In this document: positions 38,795 to 52,176 of the stretch, piece after piece | How positions within the stretch are numbered: position 1 is the first letter of the stretch | How the letters are laid out: each line of letters starts with the position of its first letter | Source of the DNA: Eledone cirrhosa | Lineage: Eukaryota | DNA: 64,000 nucleotides | Assembly: GCA_964016885.1 (NCBI GenBank) | Contig: OZ024740.1 | Location: forward strand, 141,112,001-141,176,000 | Direction of reading: 5' to 3' | Translations under genes and position numbers: made by a program | Notes under the pieces: model-generated | What the model saw: the letters and a program-made list of their open reading frames with translations, nothing else | The model's database searches: none | Told to the model about the DNA's origin: nothing

Positions 38795-38797
<3 letters not shown>
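36612..38797 (+). mobile_element. Fold-back PLE-like element: ~495-bp inverted arms (36612-37110 / 38223-38715) enclosing the last 60 codons of the ORF
   Basis: Frame 37111-37293 RRCALYISEKYWIL..CLNAKTEIFTSCPH resembles the C-x-L-x3-EK..LN..E..C-x-H ending of some PLE endonucleases (recognition only). HHR-like ccgacga..gaaacctctggta at 38626-38687. Confidence 0.6.
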
Positions 38798-38866
<69 letters not shown>

Positions 38867-38908
38867 AGAAAACGAAAAATCAGTGATGCATCTGGACTTA
38901 GTTTATTT

Positions 38909-38999
38909 CGTGTTACAAATGTTTCGCCGGCATGTAGCTCGAGTCATGGTCCTTGTCTGGATCTGGCTGATTCTACTTCTGCGGGTTCTTTCAGACACG
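38909..38999 (-). ncRNA. Hammerhead motif with a 1-nt core insertion and long stem II
   Basis: Minus strand CGUGU-CUGAAAGA-...-GAAAC-AUUU-GUA-ACACG; perfect 5-bp stem I. Confidence 0.55.
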
Positions 39000-39553
39000 G
39001 GTGTTACGTCCGGAGCAAATTTTATCACTGGGGTGTTATCATAAAAAAACACCCTCAAAAAACCCTATTTCCACTCTTGTCATGCCATTGGCTGTTTTTA
39101 CTCCACGTCATCACAAGTTCTGGTCAGTATCTGCTGCCACACGGTTCATCAACCATTTTCCGTCCGACACATTTCAATGGAGTCATGCTGGGTTCAGTAC
39201 TTCACACGTCTGATCACACTTCAGAGTAAGCACCCACACATACTAAAATGCACACATAACAACACACACACATGCAGACACATACCCATCTCTGCATACA
39301 CACACGTACGTCTACATGCGCAGACCCCCCCCCCATATACATACATCGAAGTATATATACTCACACACCGTCTCTCCCTCACTTACACGGACCCATTCAC
39401 ACCCACTTGTTGATACATACCGCCACGAGCCTTCAGACGGCTGTTTACTTCGCGCTCTATATCAATTGGGATAAGTATATCCTACTCAAACATACACATA
39501 TATACATACATACGCGCGCACATATACATACGCCCAACCTTCTATACATTTAA

Positions 39554-39585
<32 letters not shown>

Positions 39586-40280
39586 TCATAGACACACATA
39601 TATACATACACACATACATACACATACATACATATATACACACATGTGTATACACACATATATATATATATATACACATATACATACATACACACACATA
39701 CATATATAAATGTATACTCACAAATGTGCACACATACATACAAATACACATACGTACATAAACATTACCTACACACGTACATACACACACATATATATAT
39801 ATATATTTATATACATATATATACATATATACACACAAGAAAAGAGACAACTTAACATGCGTACGCACATCCACACATATACATACAATACCCATGCATA
39901 TGCCGATATACATACATCTACACATGCATACGCATACGTGTTGCCACATGCATACACCTGCACGCATGCACATCTGCCTACACACACATGTCCTACCACA
40001 TATACATATATAAACACACCTGTAAGTGAACAGTTAAAAATATATTATGCAATAAAAACAATATACCGTAAAATAACTTGCTTGACCACCTGCCCTTAGG
40101 ATCCTGCTGTAGTTGGCACTATCAACGCACGACTGGTTTCCTCCACTCTCTCTCCCTCTTTCTTCTACTGGCAGGTTCAGCTACCCCTTCCTTCCACAAA
40201 TTGCCATGATAGAATTATGTGTCTCAACAACAAACTTTTGACCAATCCTTGTGACAATCACTTTTACCATATATGGAATT

Positions 40281-40376
40281 ACTCCCTGAGAAGCTCGGCT
40301 ATTCATATACCAGGGTAAAAATGTTCATTTAGTCCAGAATTAGCCGTCGAAACGGCTTGAGCTCAGCCGTCGGAGT
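40281..40376 (+). ncRNA. Hammerhead motif with altered core (CUGAGAA) and full stem III
   Basis: ACUCC-CUGAGAA-G..CGGCUA...UAGCCG.C-GAAAC-GGCU-UGAGCUC-AGCC-GUC-GGAGU; stems I, II and III all pair. Confidence 0.6.
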
Positions 40377-40467
40377 CCTAATCGTTCCTATTACCCACTC
40401 TACTACCCTAAGTATTGAGTACTTTGGTGTGTTATGGTCCACCTGGTTCCTTACCACATTTCCTTCG

Positions 40468-40572
<105 letters not shown>

Positions 40573-40977
40573 TTAGTTAAGCTTAGTTAAGCAAAACAAG
40601 ACCACAAACTTCACAAGGAAGACTATATATCATAATTGATCTGGTTCAGTTGAAAATAATTAACATATTTAAAAAAACAGACTGGCTCATCGGAACTCAA
40701 AGGAATATAAATTAAAATAATGTTACATAATATAATGTTCCAGCCACCTAGCTGCTTTCTACTGTATATTGCACATTGAGCACATGCCTTTACGCTTTGG
40801 CTTCTAACTAACTCACCAATCTCTCCTCTCATATATCCTCTACTATCTCCATCTCTCTCTTTAAGATTGGTTACTCTTGAACTGTGTATATATATATATA
40901 TGTATATATGTATATATATATATGTATATATGTATATATGTATATATATATATGTATATATGTATATATATATATAC

Positions 40978-41057
<80 letters not shown>

Positions 41058-41081
41058 ATTATTTATTATTATTATTCTTTG

Positions 41082-41267
41082 GGCTGTGAGTTGGCAGTAT
41101 CGGTAGATGGTCGGACGCCATGCTTTGACGCATAGAGTTACGGCCCTTGCCATTCTGAGTTCAAATCCTGCCGAGGTTAACTTTGCCTTTCACCCTTACG
41201 GGGTTGATAAAATAAAGTACCAGTAATGCACTGCATAATTGCTGGCCTTGTACCTAAAGTAGAAACA
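41082..41267 (+). mobile_element. SINE family B with 14-bp TSD
   Basis: attattattctttg at 41068-41081 and 41268-41281. Confidence 0.9.
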
Positions 41268-41280
41268 ATTATTATTCTTT

Positions 41281-42490
41281 GAGTCCCAGTCATTGATGTT
41301 ATTTAACTGGAAAGTTTGTTCAAATGAATATCAAGCCGCTACCTGCAGCCTCAGATATTAAAGACGTATTGGAGGGTTATTGCTGTTCCCAGCAAGCATG
41401 CCTTTTGAAGTGTTCTAAAAAACGGGGCTAGACTAATCTTCTTTAACCATCCTTGAAAACTCTTTGAGATAGTACCTAGTGCGCCTATGACAATTGGGAT
41501 GACCTTGATCTCATGACAGTCCCATATCCTTTTTAACTCCCACTTTAAATCCTGGTATCAGTTAATTTTCTCCTTCTCCTTTTCTTGCACTCTCGTGTCA
41601 AATGGGCAGGCTATATCTACAATCAGGCACAATCTTTTTTCCTTGTCAAAAACCACCAGGTCAGGCCTATTGTGTTCTAATTTCTTGTCCATCTCTATCC
41701 TGAAATCCCATAGCACCTTCACCTGATCGTTTTCTATCACCGACTCTGGCTTATGCTCATACCACTTTTCAGAATGTGGTAAATTGTTTAGTTTGCATAG
41801 GTGCCAGTGAATCACCTTTCCTATCATATCATGTCTCTAGCCTTTATAGTGAGTCTGGGCTAGATGCTTACACTCGGATACAATGTGAGCCACAGTCTCC
41901 TCTCTCTCTCCACAGATCCTACTCAATGAGCTAGCCTCCTCCTTGTCAATATGGTCTTTCATCCACTTCATTCTGAGGGCCTGCTCTTGTGCAGCCATTA
42001 GCATTCCTTCTGTAGCTTTTTTAAGGTCTCCTCTTTTTAACCAGTTCCATGTCTGTAGATCTCTGAATTCCGTTTTCTTAAAGAAGGTGCTATGAAGGGA
42101 TTTTTCATGAAGGTTGTTCTTCCTCCTTGGACATCCCCAGGTCTATTGCCTTCTCCTTCAGTACAACTTTGAGCATTGGCTCCCTACTGTCAGACATATT
42201 TGTACAGACTGTTTTTCTCTATCTGAACACAGTCCTCTATGCTGATGAAACCTCTTCCACCTTCAGATCTCTTTAAATAGAGTCTATCAACATCACTCCT
42301 CTTGTGGAACATGCTATAGGTAGTCATTAGCTTCCTAGTCTTCCTATCCATTTCTTTTTGTTCAGTAACATTCCATTTCAGAATTCCCGCACTGTACCTA
42401 ATAATAGACACAGCTCGGGAATTTACTGCACTTATGACATTCCTACTATTTAGATGTGAATTTAGTATGTTCCTTACTCTCCTTATGTAT
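41281..42490 (-). mobile_element. R4/Dong-like non-LTR retrotransposon fragment (restriction-like endonuclease), degraded
   Basis: DVDRLYLKRSEGGRG; ETVAHIVSEC; KWYEHKPE..VLWDF..NRPDLVVFDK..VDIACPFD..KEKEK. The 3' end abuts (TAA)n. Confidence 0.85.
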
Positions 42491-42556
42491 ATATATTTTT
42501 TTTTTCTGTGCAATGGCCATACTCGATAACGAGGGGGCAGCCATCATGTATGTATG

Positions 42557-42778
42557 TATGTATGTAAGTGAATTTCATACATCTAAAGATATATGGTATG
42601 TTTAATAAATAAACATTTAAAAAAACTCAGCAATGAATAGAAGGCTGATGGCCAGCACCGTCTAGTGGAATCCAGCAGTAGCAAGGAGGATAATTGTCTA
42701 TGCTGTGGCTTTCAAAATGTTTGTTTATTAAACATACTGTATATCTTTAGATGTACAAAATTCACATACATGTATGTA
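42557..42778. repeat. Short diverged inverted repeat (~60-bp arms)
   Basis: gtgaatttcatacatctaaagatatatggtatgtttaataaataaacattt versus aaatgtttgtttattaaacatactgtatatctttagatgtacaaaattcac. Confidence 0.75.
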
Positions 42779-42831
42779 TACAGCCATATTAAAGCTAAAT
42801 TCTAATTATATTTTCAGTTGACATAACTTAT

Positions 42832-44072
42832 AGATCAGATCAGATTGGACCAGATCAGATTGGATCAGTCAGACAGAACCAGCTCACACTGAATCAGATC
42901 ACATTGGACCAGATCAGATCAGGCCAGACCTGATCACTCCAAACCAGATTGGATTGGATTGGGATCAGGCGAGATCAGATTGCTGTGGACCAGATTGGAC
43001 CTGCTTGCATTGGCTCAGAATGGATCAAAATAGGTTGGGTCAGATCAAACCGGATTGGACTGAGCCAAATCAGACTGGATTAGACAGATTAATATCTGGA
43101 TCAGATTGAGATCAGACCAGATCAGATTTCTCTGAAGCAAATTGTGCCAGATCAGATCAATTTGGATCAGATCAGGCCAGATCAGGACTGACTGGATCAG
43201 ATCAAACCAGATTGTGTCTGACCAGGTCGGATCAGACCAGATCAAACTGGGTCAAATTCAACCGGATCAGACCAGATTGGATCAGATCAAACTGGATCAG
43301 ATCAGAGTGGTCAGACCAGACTCAATCAGATCATAATGGATCAGATTGGATCAAACTGGATCAGATTGCCCTGAAGCAGATTGTGCCAGATTGGATCAAA
43401 CTAGATTGGATCAGGCTGGATCATGTTAGACAAGATCAGATCAAATCGGATTAGGTCAGATCAAGTTGGATCAGACCAGATCAGATTGGATGGGATCAGA
43501 TCATACCAGACTGGATTGGATTATACCAGTCCTGATCAGATCATACAGGATCAGATCATACCAGAATAGATTGGATTAGACCAGATTGGGTCAGACTGGA
43601 TAACAACAGACTGGATTAGATAAAATTAGATCAGATAGGATCAGATCTGATCAGGCACGATCAGATTAAATCAGATCAGACTGGGTTGAACTCTACCTGA
43701 TTGGACCAGATTGGATCAGTCCAGATCAGATTGGATCGGATTGGGATCATACCAGATCAGATTGGGTTCAAACTGAATTGGATCAGCCTGGATCAGATCA
43801 TTCTGGATCAGATTGGGATCAGACAAGATCAGATTGCTCTGAAGTAGATCAAACTGAATCAGCTCAGGCCAGATTCGGTCAGACCGGATCAGATCAGACC
43901 GGATCAGATCATACCAGATCAGGTCAGACTGGTTCAGATCATACAGGACAGATCTGACCAGGTCAGATCAGATTGGGATCAGGCAGAATCGGATCAGTCC
44001 AAACCAGATCAGACCAGATTGGATCAGATTGGGTTGTATCATACTGGATCAGATCATACCAAACCGGATTGG
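42832..44072. repeat. Degenerate pentamer satellite (GATCA/GATTG/GACCA/GACTG)n, ~1.24 kb
   Basis: Direct inspection shows 5-bp periodicity. Confidence 0.92.
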
Positions 44073-45035
44073 ATATAAAACCACCCTTTCCTCCTGCAAT
44101 TTTTGGTGTATAAAGGCTTTTTAAAACTATCTTTTCCAAAACTGATCTAATATAAATACAAACGACATGTGTTGACTTTCTTGTATAGCAGTAGGGCATA
44201 CCGGTTAGGCTTTTGGGCTCAAATCGTCAGGTTTTCGGTTCAATTCCCAGACAGAGTGACTTATTTCTTCTTTGAGTAAAGCACTTCCCTTTATGTTGCT
44301 CCAGTTTACTCAGATGAAAAATAAATACCAACAGTAGCTGAGAGGTTAGCTCAGAAATGGATTGGCATCCCATCCAGGGGCAGTGAAGTCTTATTCTCTC
44401 AGCTTCTAATCCAATCCTACTTCCTCTTTGTCTTCTTTCCCTTTGTTTTATCCTCTTCTTTCTTTTCCTCTCTCCCTCCTTTGCTTTCCCTCCTTTCATG
44501 TTCTTCCTCCTTTCTTTCCCCCTTTGTTTATTTCTCCTGTAATTTTCTTCCTCTCTCTCTTGGTTTTGTCCCCCCCCCCTCCCTGTTTTCACCTCTCCTT
44601 CTCCCTTCCCTTGTTTTCCCCCTCCTTCTTTGCTCTTTTCTCCCTCTCCCGTCCTTTATTTTTTCTCTCCTCTTCCTTGTTTTCTTTTTTGCCCTTTCAT
44701 TTCATTTCTTCTTCTATGTTGTTGTTTTTTCTTTCTTTCTTCTGTCAGTACTAATAATGTGTTGTTACTTGGCTATAATCAAACTACAAACCAACAAAGA
44801 CCAACAGAAATAACATTCTAATATCATTTAGACATACTGGTAGGAATGACCCTGTCTGAACATCATCATCATCCTCATCACAATTGTTATCATTGTTATT
44901 GTCATCACCATCACCCTGCTCACCATCAGGTATCATCATCATCATAATCCTCATCACCATAATGTATCGTCGTCATCACCATCAGGAATCATCATCGTGT
45001 ATCATCATCATGTATCCTCCTCCTCCTCCTCCTCC

Positions 45036-45068
<33 letters not shown>

Positions 45069-46292
45069 GAGAACATGAGATATCATCATCTACTATTCAA
45101 AAATAGAAACAGGAATTCCAATAGGTCCCCATATAGTTTCAGCATAACAAATTTCATTTGCATGGATTTGTTCAGCCATATACCAAGGAAAAAAGACACT
45201 TTCCCAGTGTACCACGTAGGAGGATCCAACCTAAAGCCCTAATTAAAAAGTGAACTTCTTAATTGCAAAGACAAGCCTGTGTCCATACATTAACCTTTTT
45301 TTACCAAACTGTTTATTTTCAAATGTTTATATTTTTCTAAAAACCTTATATTATAAATTCATATATACCAAGTAATGCACTGGGTAATTGCTGGCCTTGT
45401 GCCAAAAGTAGAAACAATTATAAATTCATATAAAAACCTTTGTTATGTTACAGACACCAACTTGATAATGAGAAAGCTACTAAACCCTTCCAAATTCTTG
45501 ATTATTTTCAAATTGATTTGAAAGTAATAGGCAGTGTCTTTCCTTAGAAATATGGTACAAACTTTATATTTACTCTATTGTATTGACTTGGTAGAGCTGT
45601 TAGAGTGTCAGATAGAATACTTTACTACATTTGTTCCAGTTTTCTTTACTCAAATGTTCAAATTCTGAGTGAGATCAACTTTGCCTTCCATCTTTCCTGG
45701 TTTGATAAAATAAAGTACTTGGATTAATATAATCAAATGACACCTCCCCAAAATAGAAACCATTATTATTATTATTGTTGTTGTTAAGAGTGGTGGGTTG
45801 GCAGAGTCGTGAAAGCGTCAGACAAATGCTTAGTAGTATTTGTTTCAGGTCTTTACTTTCTGAGTTTAAATCACAAGATCAACTTTGCCTTTCATCCTTC
45901 CAAGGTCAGTAAAATAAAGTCCCAGTGATGCACTGCGATCAATATAATCGACTTTCCTTTCCCCACAAACTCCTGGCCTTGTGCCTAAATTAGAAATCAT
46001 TATTGTTGTTGTAATTATTAGTATTATTAATATTTTGCTAAGAATGCCATCTACTTCAACAAGAGAAATTGCTTTTGTAGCCAAATGCAACCAATAATTA
46101 TAGGTATTAAATGAACTGATAATCAATACATCTAAATATAGATCTATAATTAAAGAAACGAGACTCATTCGTTGGAATCAAAACAACAACAGAGATGATA
46201 AATTCACCAAGTCACATAATCACATATTGAACCTTAACATTAAGTCTTGTGTATTTTTGTTGTCTCATGGAGAAATACTAGAATGCAGAGTA

Positions 46293-46370
46293 TCTTCTTC
46301 TTCTTCTTCTTCTTCTTCTTCTTCTTCTTCTTCCTCCTCCTCCTCCTCCTCCTCCTCCTCTTCTTCTTCT

Positions 46371-46417
<47 letters not shown>

Positions 46418-47240
46418 TTGGGAGTGTCGTGGGTACAGAATCCTCAGATACTCCTTCCAGTAGATCCTGTCAGATACGACTGACTTAGCTGGATCCCCAA
46501 GTGAGTCCAACGAAGCTCATGGGTCTTATCCAACCATCTTGCTTGGGATCTACCACTGGATCTCTTTACAGTTGTTTTTTGCCCATGAAATCAGCCCAGC
46601 GATTTTTTCGAGCTGTGTATTGGAACTGTGATCTCTCAATTCGGAGAAGTAGCAACTCTACCTAGAGTGACTCTGTGATCTCTGAGCTATACACTCTATC
46701 AAGTAATGCTACTCCAAAGACCCTTCAGAATAACTTGGTCACTTGTATTCACAATCATATTCTTTTAGTCATTACCTAAGATTCATGACCATAGGTAAGA
46801 GTTTGCATGGACACTGAATTGAAGATAGCAAGTTTGGCTATTACATCTACCTCCCTTCATCTGATTACTGAATGCTGAAGTTGGTACTTTACTGCATCAG
46901 CTCCTGCAATTCTTGCTCTTAATTCAGCCTCCTGCCTTCCATCATTTGTGAACACGGCCCCAAAATACTTAAACTTCTCTACCAGCTTCAGTGGAACTCC
47001 ATATGTAGAGTGCACTGTGCAGGCTTCCTTGAGAAGATGAGTGTCTCAGTTTTCACAGCACTGATTTTCATTCCAGCCACGAAGCACTTGGCATCAAACT
47101 TATCAAATGCAAGTCAGTAATCACCTTCTGTCAAGTTAAGTAATACCCCGTCATCTACAAATTCCATCAGACTGATTCTACACCAACCAGACATGACACT
47201 ACTTCCAGCCTGGCTGCTTATGTCAATCTTGTTCATGAAA
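46293..47240 (-). pseudogene. Degraded RTE LINE (family C) with expanded (GAA/GAG)n tail (46293-46418)
   Basis: Minus-strand remnants of VEKFKYLGAVF and DD motifs; 3' organisation like 51870-52176. Confidence 0.65.
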
Positions 47241-48501
47241 ATAATGTAAACTATCACTCAGAGCATTGTTTCACAATTTTCTTTTTCCCTGGCATCAAAA
47301 AATGAGCCTTGCTGTTGACCAGTTGACCTCCACAACAGTATACCATTGTATGTTTTCTATCACAAAAGTGTTGGACCTCAGTCAGTTTGACCAACTGAAC
47401 AGTCTGCTTGTGAAATTAATGTGCTGAGCATTCCAGAGATGTGTACCCTTAATACAATTCTGAGGGAGTGTACTTGTGATTAAAAAAGACAGCTTTGTCA
47501 CTATGTATGATGCTGAAATGATCATATTCAGTGTTTTCTTTTCCATGCTAGCATAGGCTGGTCTGTGATAACCCACCCAATGTATGCTAACATGGAAAAT
47601 CAGACACTGAATAATGATGATTGAGCATTACAAACTGTATGGCATGACTGGCATCTTGAATCACATGTACAAGTCATTTTTGCCAGCTGAGTGGACTGGA
47701 GCAATATGAAATAAAGGGCTATGCTCAAGGACACAAGACACTGTCAAACATCCTTTCACAAACAACTACCAATCTGTACTCCAATATAATTCATACCCCC
47801 ATTACATAAGTGTTTTAAGGTCATTTCACTGTTAAAGCAGGGGTTGTCTCTGCAGAACCTATGATAGGCTTCAAACTACTCATAAAGTCATTTTGAGACA
47901 TTGTTTTAGAGTTTGATGCTCTTCCAGTTGCCACCTTTATTATTGCCTCTTATAACATGAAGATATAGTGTAATTATTTTAAACTGGATATATACATCCA
48001 ATATTACTTAACTATTTAGTATTTAAACTGGCTATATCTGGCCAGAATTCTCTCACCTCTTTCTGTTCAAACTGGCTGTAACCAGCCACTCATACTAATG
48101 TTAAGGTATTGTTCTCAAAATAAATAATATCAAAATCTCATAGATTTCATATTATGTGAGATGAAGCTATTACCATGAAAATATAATAGTAAATATAATA
48201 GTATATATAGAGTGATGTAAATGCTAAATGGTTTATATTCAATTCTTAATGCCTACTTCTTATCAAAGTTTGTCATGACTTTGAATCTATTAACTTTCTG
48301 ACACTAACCCTTTTAATTGCCTATGACAAGCAGGGATATAATGTATCTGTTCTGAACTGGATGCACACAAAGAACATACAACATTTACAATGTGCCATAT
48401 ATTTTGATTTGAGCTTTTGAAGGTCCTGAGATTGAAAAAAAAATTAGTGTTGCTGCCTCCCACCCCATCATTGCCGCTCTCTCTCTCTCTCTCTCTGTCT
48501 G

Positions 48502-48600
<99 letters not shown>

Positions 48601-49582
48601 TCATACCATTCCCTTTCCAGCATGACAGACTTTTTATGCGCAATATCCGCCAACTTTAATATAATGGATTTGTATTACTAACTTAAATATATAATAATTT
48701 CCTGTGATCAATAAATAAATCACTAACAAAAAAAGATACCTACACACAAACTACATAGCAGTGTAGTTGGAATGTCCAAAACAGTAGAGAGGGTCATATG
48801 GTGTTATGACTTGTCACATGATTTGGCATGGGTCAGTATGGACTGTGTAGTAGAAAATACAGGCTTCATAATTTTCTTAGTATGGTAAAAACAAGAAGTG
48901 TTAAAAACTAGGTTTGTCAGCTTCCGAATTAAAATTATCAGCTCGTAAATTAAAATTATTATGTTTGGGAGAATGGAGCATTTAACTGGGAGACAGGGTA
49001 CACATTCTATAGCTAGCCTAGTGTGCTAAATGCTCAGGCACTAGTTCTGAGTAACTGTCTTCCCTATATCTCAGGCCTCTGCTAAAGATATGTGTGTCCA
49101 TTCTTTAATGTCTGTTGATTGTTTCCTTTGTCCACTTCCTCCCCCTTTTCTAAGAAGGGCCTTTGTAATGACCATAGGATGTATGTAAATCATGTGGTCT
49201 AGTGGTTAGGATGATTGGCTTACAATCGTATGGTCATAGGTTTGATTCCTGCACATAGTGTTCTTGAGCAAGGTGCATCATCTCATGTTGGTTTTCATGA
49301 TAGGATTGCAGCTCTTATTATTAAAACACCAGAAAAACCTCCTCTAAGGTGCAACCTTGAATGTCATTTAAACCTGTAAGTTCTAAGTAATAAATTTCAT
49401 TTTTGACTGGATGTAAGAATAACTTCAACATCAGAAATATTTTTACTATATTTGTTCCAAATTATCTCTTTCATTATCATATTTCTAATAAAAGATACTG
49501 CCTATGGTTTTGAAATAATGTTGAAAATAATGAATAATTTGGAGGGATTTAGTAATATAAACAATTTTCATTATTAAGCTGG

Positions 49583-49757
49583 GCAGTATCGGTAGAGGGT
49601 CAGACGCCATGCTTTGACGCATAGAGTTAAGGCCCTTGCCATTCTGAGTTCAAATCCTGCCGAGGTTAACTTTGCCTTTCATCCTTACTGGGTCGATAAA
49701 ATAAAGTACCAGTAATACACTGGGATAATTGCTGGCCTTGTGCCAAATGTAGAAACA
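49583..49757 (+). mobile_element. SINE family B with 13-bp TSD
   Basis: attattaagctgg at 49570-49582 and 49758-49770. Confidence 0.9.
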
Positions 49758-50136
49758 ATTATTAAGCTGGTGTTTGAAACAAAACTTAACAAAAGTTTTT
49801 AGATAAATATAAACACATTAAAATCAACAATGTTGTATTATAGAGCCAGAGATGGTGTCAGATAGTTTGGTATCCAACAGATGACATATATTGTTATAGT
49901 AACAACATCATGCCAGGTTTTTGAAGCACTGCTAATCGCATGTAGTATGTATTTCATTGATATATGGTATAATAAACAATTTCTGTCACATCTTAGTTGT
50001 TTAAGTCTTAGAATGACAAATATCAGCCCAACACTCTAAAAATTATCAATGAAATATTTTGCTACTCCACTTTCTCATTTTTATAAGATGAAATACAGTT
50101 ATATTATATAACATCATATTATAGCAGTGAATGAAG

Positions 50137-50427
50137 GATGGCTGGGTGGCTACGAATTTTGCTTCACAATCATGAGTTCCCGGGTTTGAGTCCACTATGG
50201 AATCTTGGGCAAATGTTTTGTGAGTAAAATTGGGTAGATAGAAACTGTGTGGAAGCCTGTTTGCTGGATTGTACCCAGTATACTCTGTAAAATGCTTGAC
50301 ATTAGCGAGGGCACCCAGCTGTAGAAACCCTGCCAAAAATGGTACATATGAGCACCTAATTCCAGACTATGTCAACCCACGCGACCCGTACCCGCATAGA
50401 AAACAAATGTAAAACAATGATGATGAT
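50137..50427 (+). mobile_element. Diverged tRNA-headed SINE with RTE-type tail
   Basis: gggtttgagtcc B-box-like motif; gggcacccagctgtagaaa; ...aaatgtaaaacaatgatgatgat end. Confidence 0.6.
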
Positions 50428-50719
50428 AAAAAAAGATACCTACACACAAACCCTTATATCAGCTAAACTGGGTCAATGTCTATATTCTAATTACATATAA
50501 AATTATATTTGTTCAATGGACTTAGGTACACAGAATGGTCCTGTTCTTTCTAATTTCATTACACTTCTGCTGTTATATGTAACATTATAAATATGTTTTG
50601 CCAAAGGGGAAACATTCAGCTTTAGGTATGTATGTATGTATGTTTGTATGTATGTTTGAGTAGATATCAGTGTATATGTATGCGTGTATGTATGCATAAT
50701 CAATTTCAGGATGTACACT

Positions 50720-50781
<62 letters not shown>

Positions 50782-50928
50782 CACATACAAACCTTCGTAT
50801 GTATGCACACAATCAATTTTAGGAGCATACATTGATGTACACACTTACACACACATACATACTTACATACATACATTCACACATGCATCAAATACATTTG
50901 TACTTAATATGTACAGACATACATATAT

Positions 50929-50964
<36 letters not shown>

Positions 50965-51062
50965 AGTAAATTACTTGTGAAATTACTTATATCTACTTTG
51001 TTTCACAGTTGAAATCTCATCAGGATCCTGAACTTAGCCTTTCATCCAAAAATGTCATACAT

Positions 51063-51119
<57 letters not shown>

Positions 51120-51189
51120 GTAGTAGTAGTAGTAGTAGTAATGATTTCTATTATGTACACCTTCCAGCACAAAGACATCCATAAATGGT

Positions 51190-52176
51190 ATAAGGGGAAT
51201 CAAAGAAAGAGATCAATAATTGATTTTTGTTATTGTCTCCAATATTTTTCATTCTATGGTGGATATTCATGTTAAAAGAGGAGCTGAGCTATCAACTAAT
51301 CACTATCTAGCTATCTGCAACTTGAGACTACCTAAAGCCAAAAGAGCTCACAAAACTTACTTGTCCAGCTCGACCTATAGGATGAAGTGGGAAGCACAGG
51401 CAGATAAGAAAATCAGGAACAGGTGTGTAGTTACTATTGCATCCAGATTCAGAGAACTCCTTGAGCAAACTGGGGATGCTGAAATGGTGTGGGGACTGTT
51501 CAGCTGGGAAGCTTCTGCTTCGACTGTTGAGGATGAAAGCACTTTGGTGTGGTGTCAGGTGGCAGAAGGACCACTTGATTCAGTCAAGTGGTCAAAGATG
51601 CCATCTGAGCAAAGAAGGGGACTTACAAAGCTTGGCTTGGAAATAAGTCTTCCTTCATGCACTTGCAGTAGAAGCAGGCATAAAAAGTTGCAGCAGAGAC
51701 AGTAAAGGTGTCCATAGTTAAGAACAGGAAGACTTTGGGGTTAAGCTGGAATTCAACTTCAGATCAGCAAATAAAATGTTCTGGCAATCCATCTGCCAAC
51801 TTTGTAATAAGAAGTCCTCCTCCACACCTGCTATCAGGAACTCATCTAGGGTTCTCCTCTCTTTCAGAGTCGCTCCAGGTAGAGCCACTACTTCTCTGGA
51901 TTAAGAAATCACAGCTCCAATACTACAAGCAGTTAGAAAGTCTCAGGAAAGAATTGCTGGACAGATTTTATGGACAAAACCAACTGGCAGGAGACCCATG
52001 GGTAGACCCCAAGCAAGATGGTTTCATGACATTCATGAGCTCAGCTGATCTCACTTTGGGATCCAGCTGGATCAATTGAAGAAGGTTGCTTTTGACAGGA
52101 CCCACTGGAAGGGGTGTTTGAAGACTCTGCCCCCCATGACCCTCCCAGGAAAAAGTGGGAGAAGAAGAAGAAGAAG
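51190..52176 (+). pseudogene. Internally deleted RTE LINE (family C): endonuclease end joined to 3' end with (GAA)n tail
   Basis: VKRGAELSTNHYLAICNL (APE end, SDH-like); ESLQVEPLLLWIKKSQL; gaagaagaagaag tail. Confidence 0.7.

Noticed and set aside
43045-44199. IRSDQ-like repeat ORFs
   Set aside because: Translation of the pentamer satellite.
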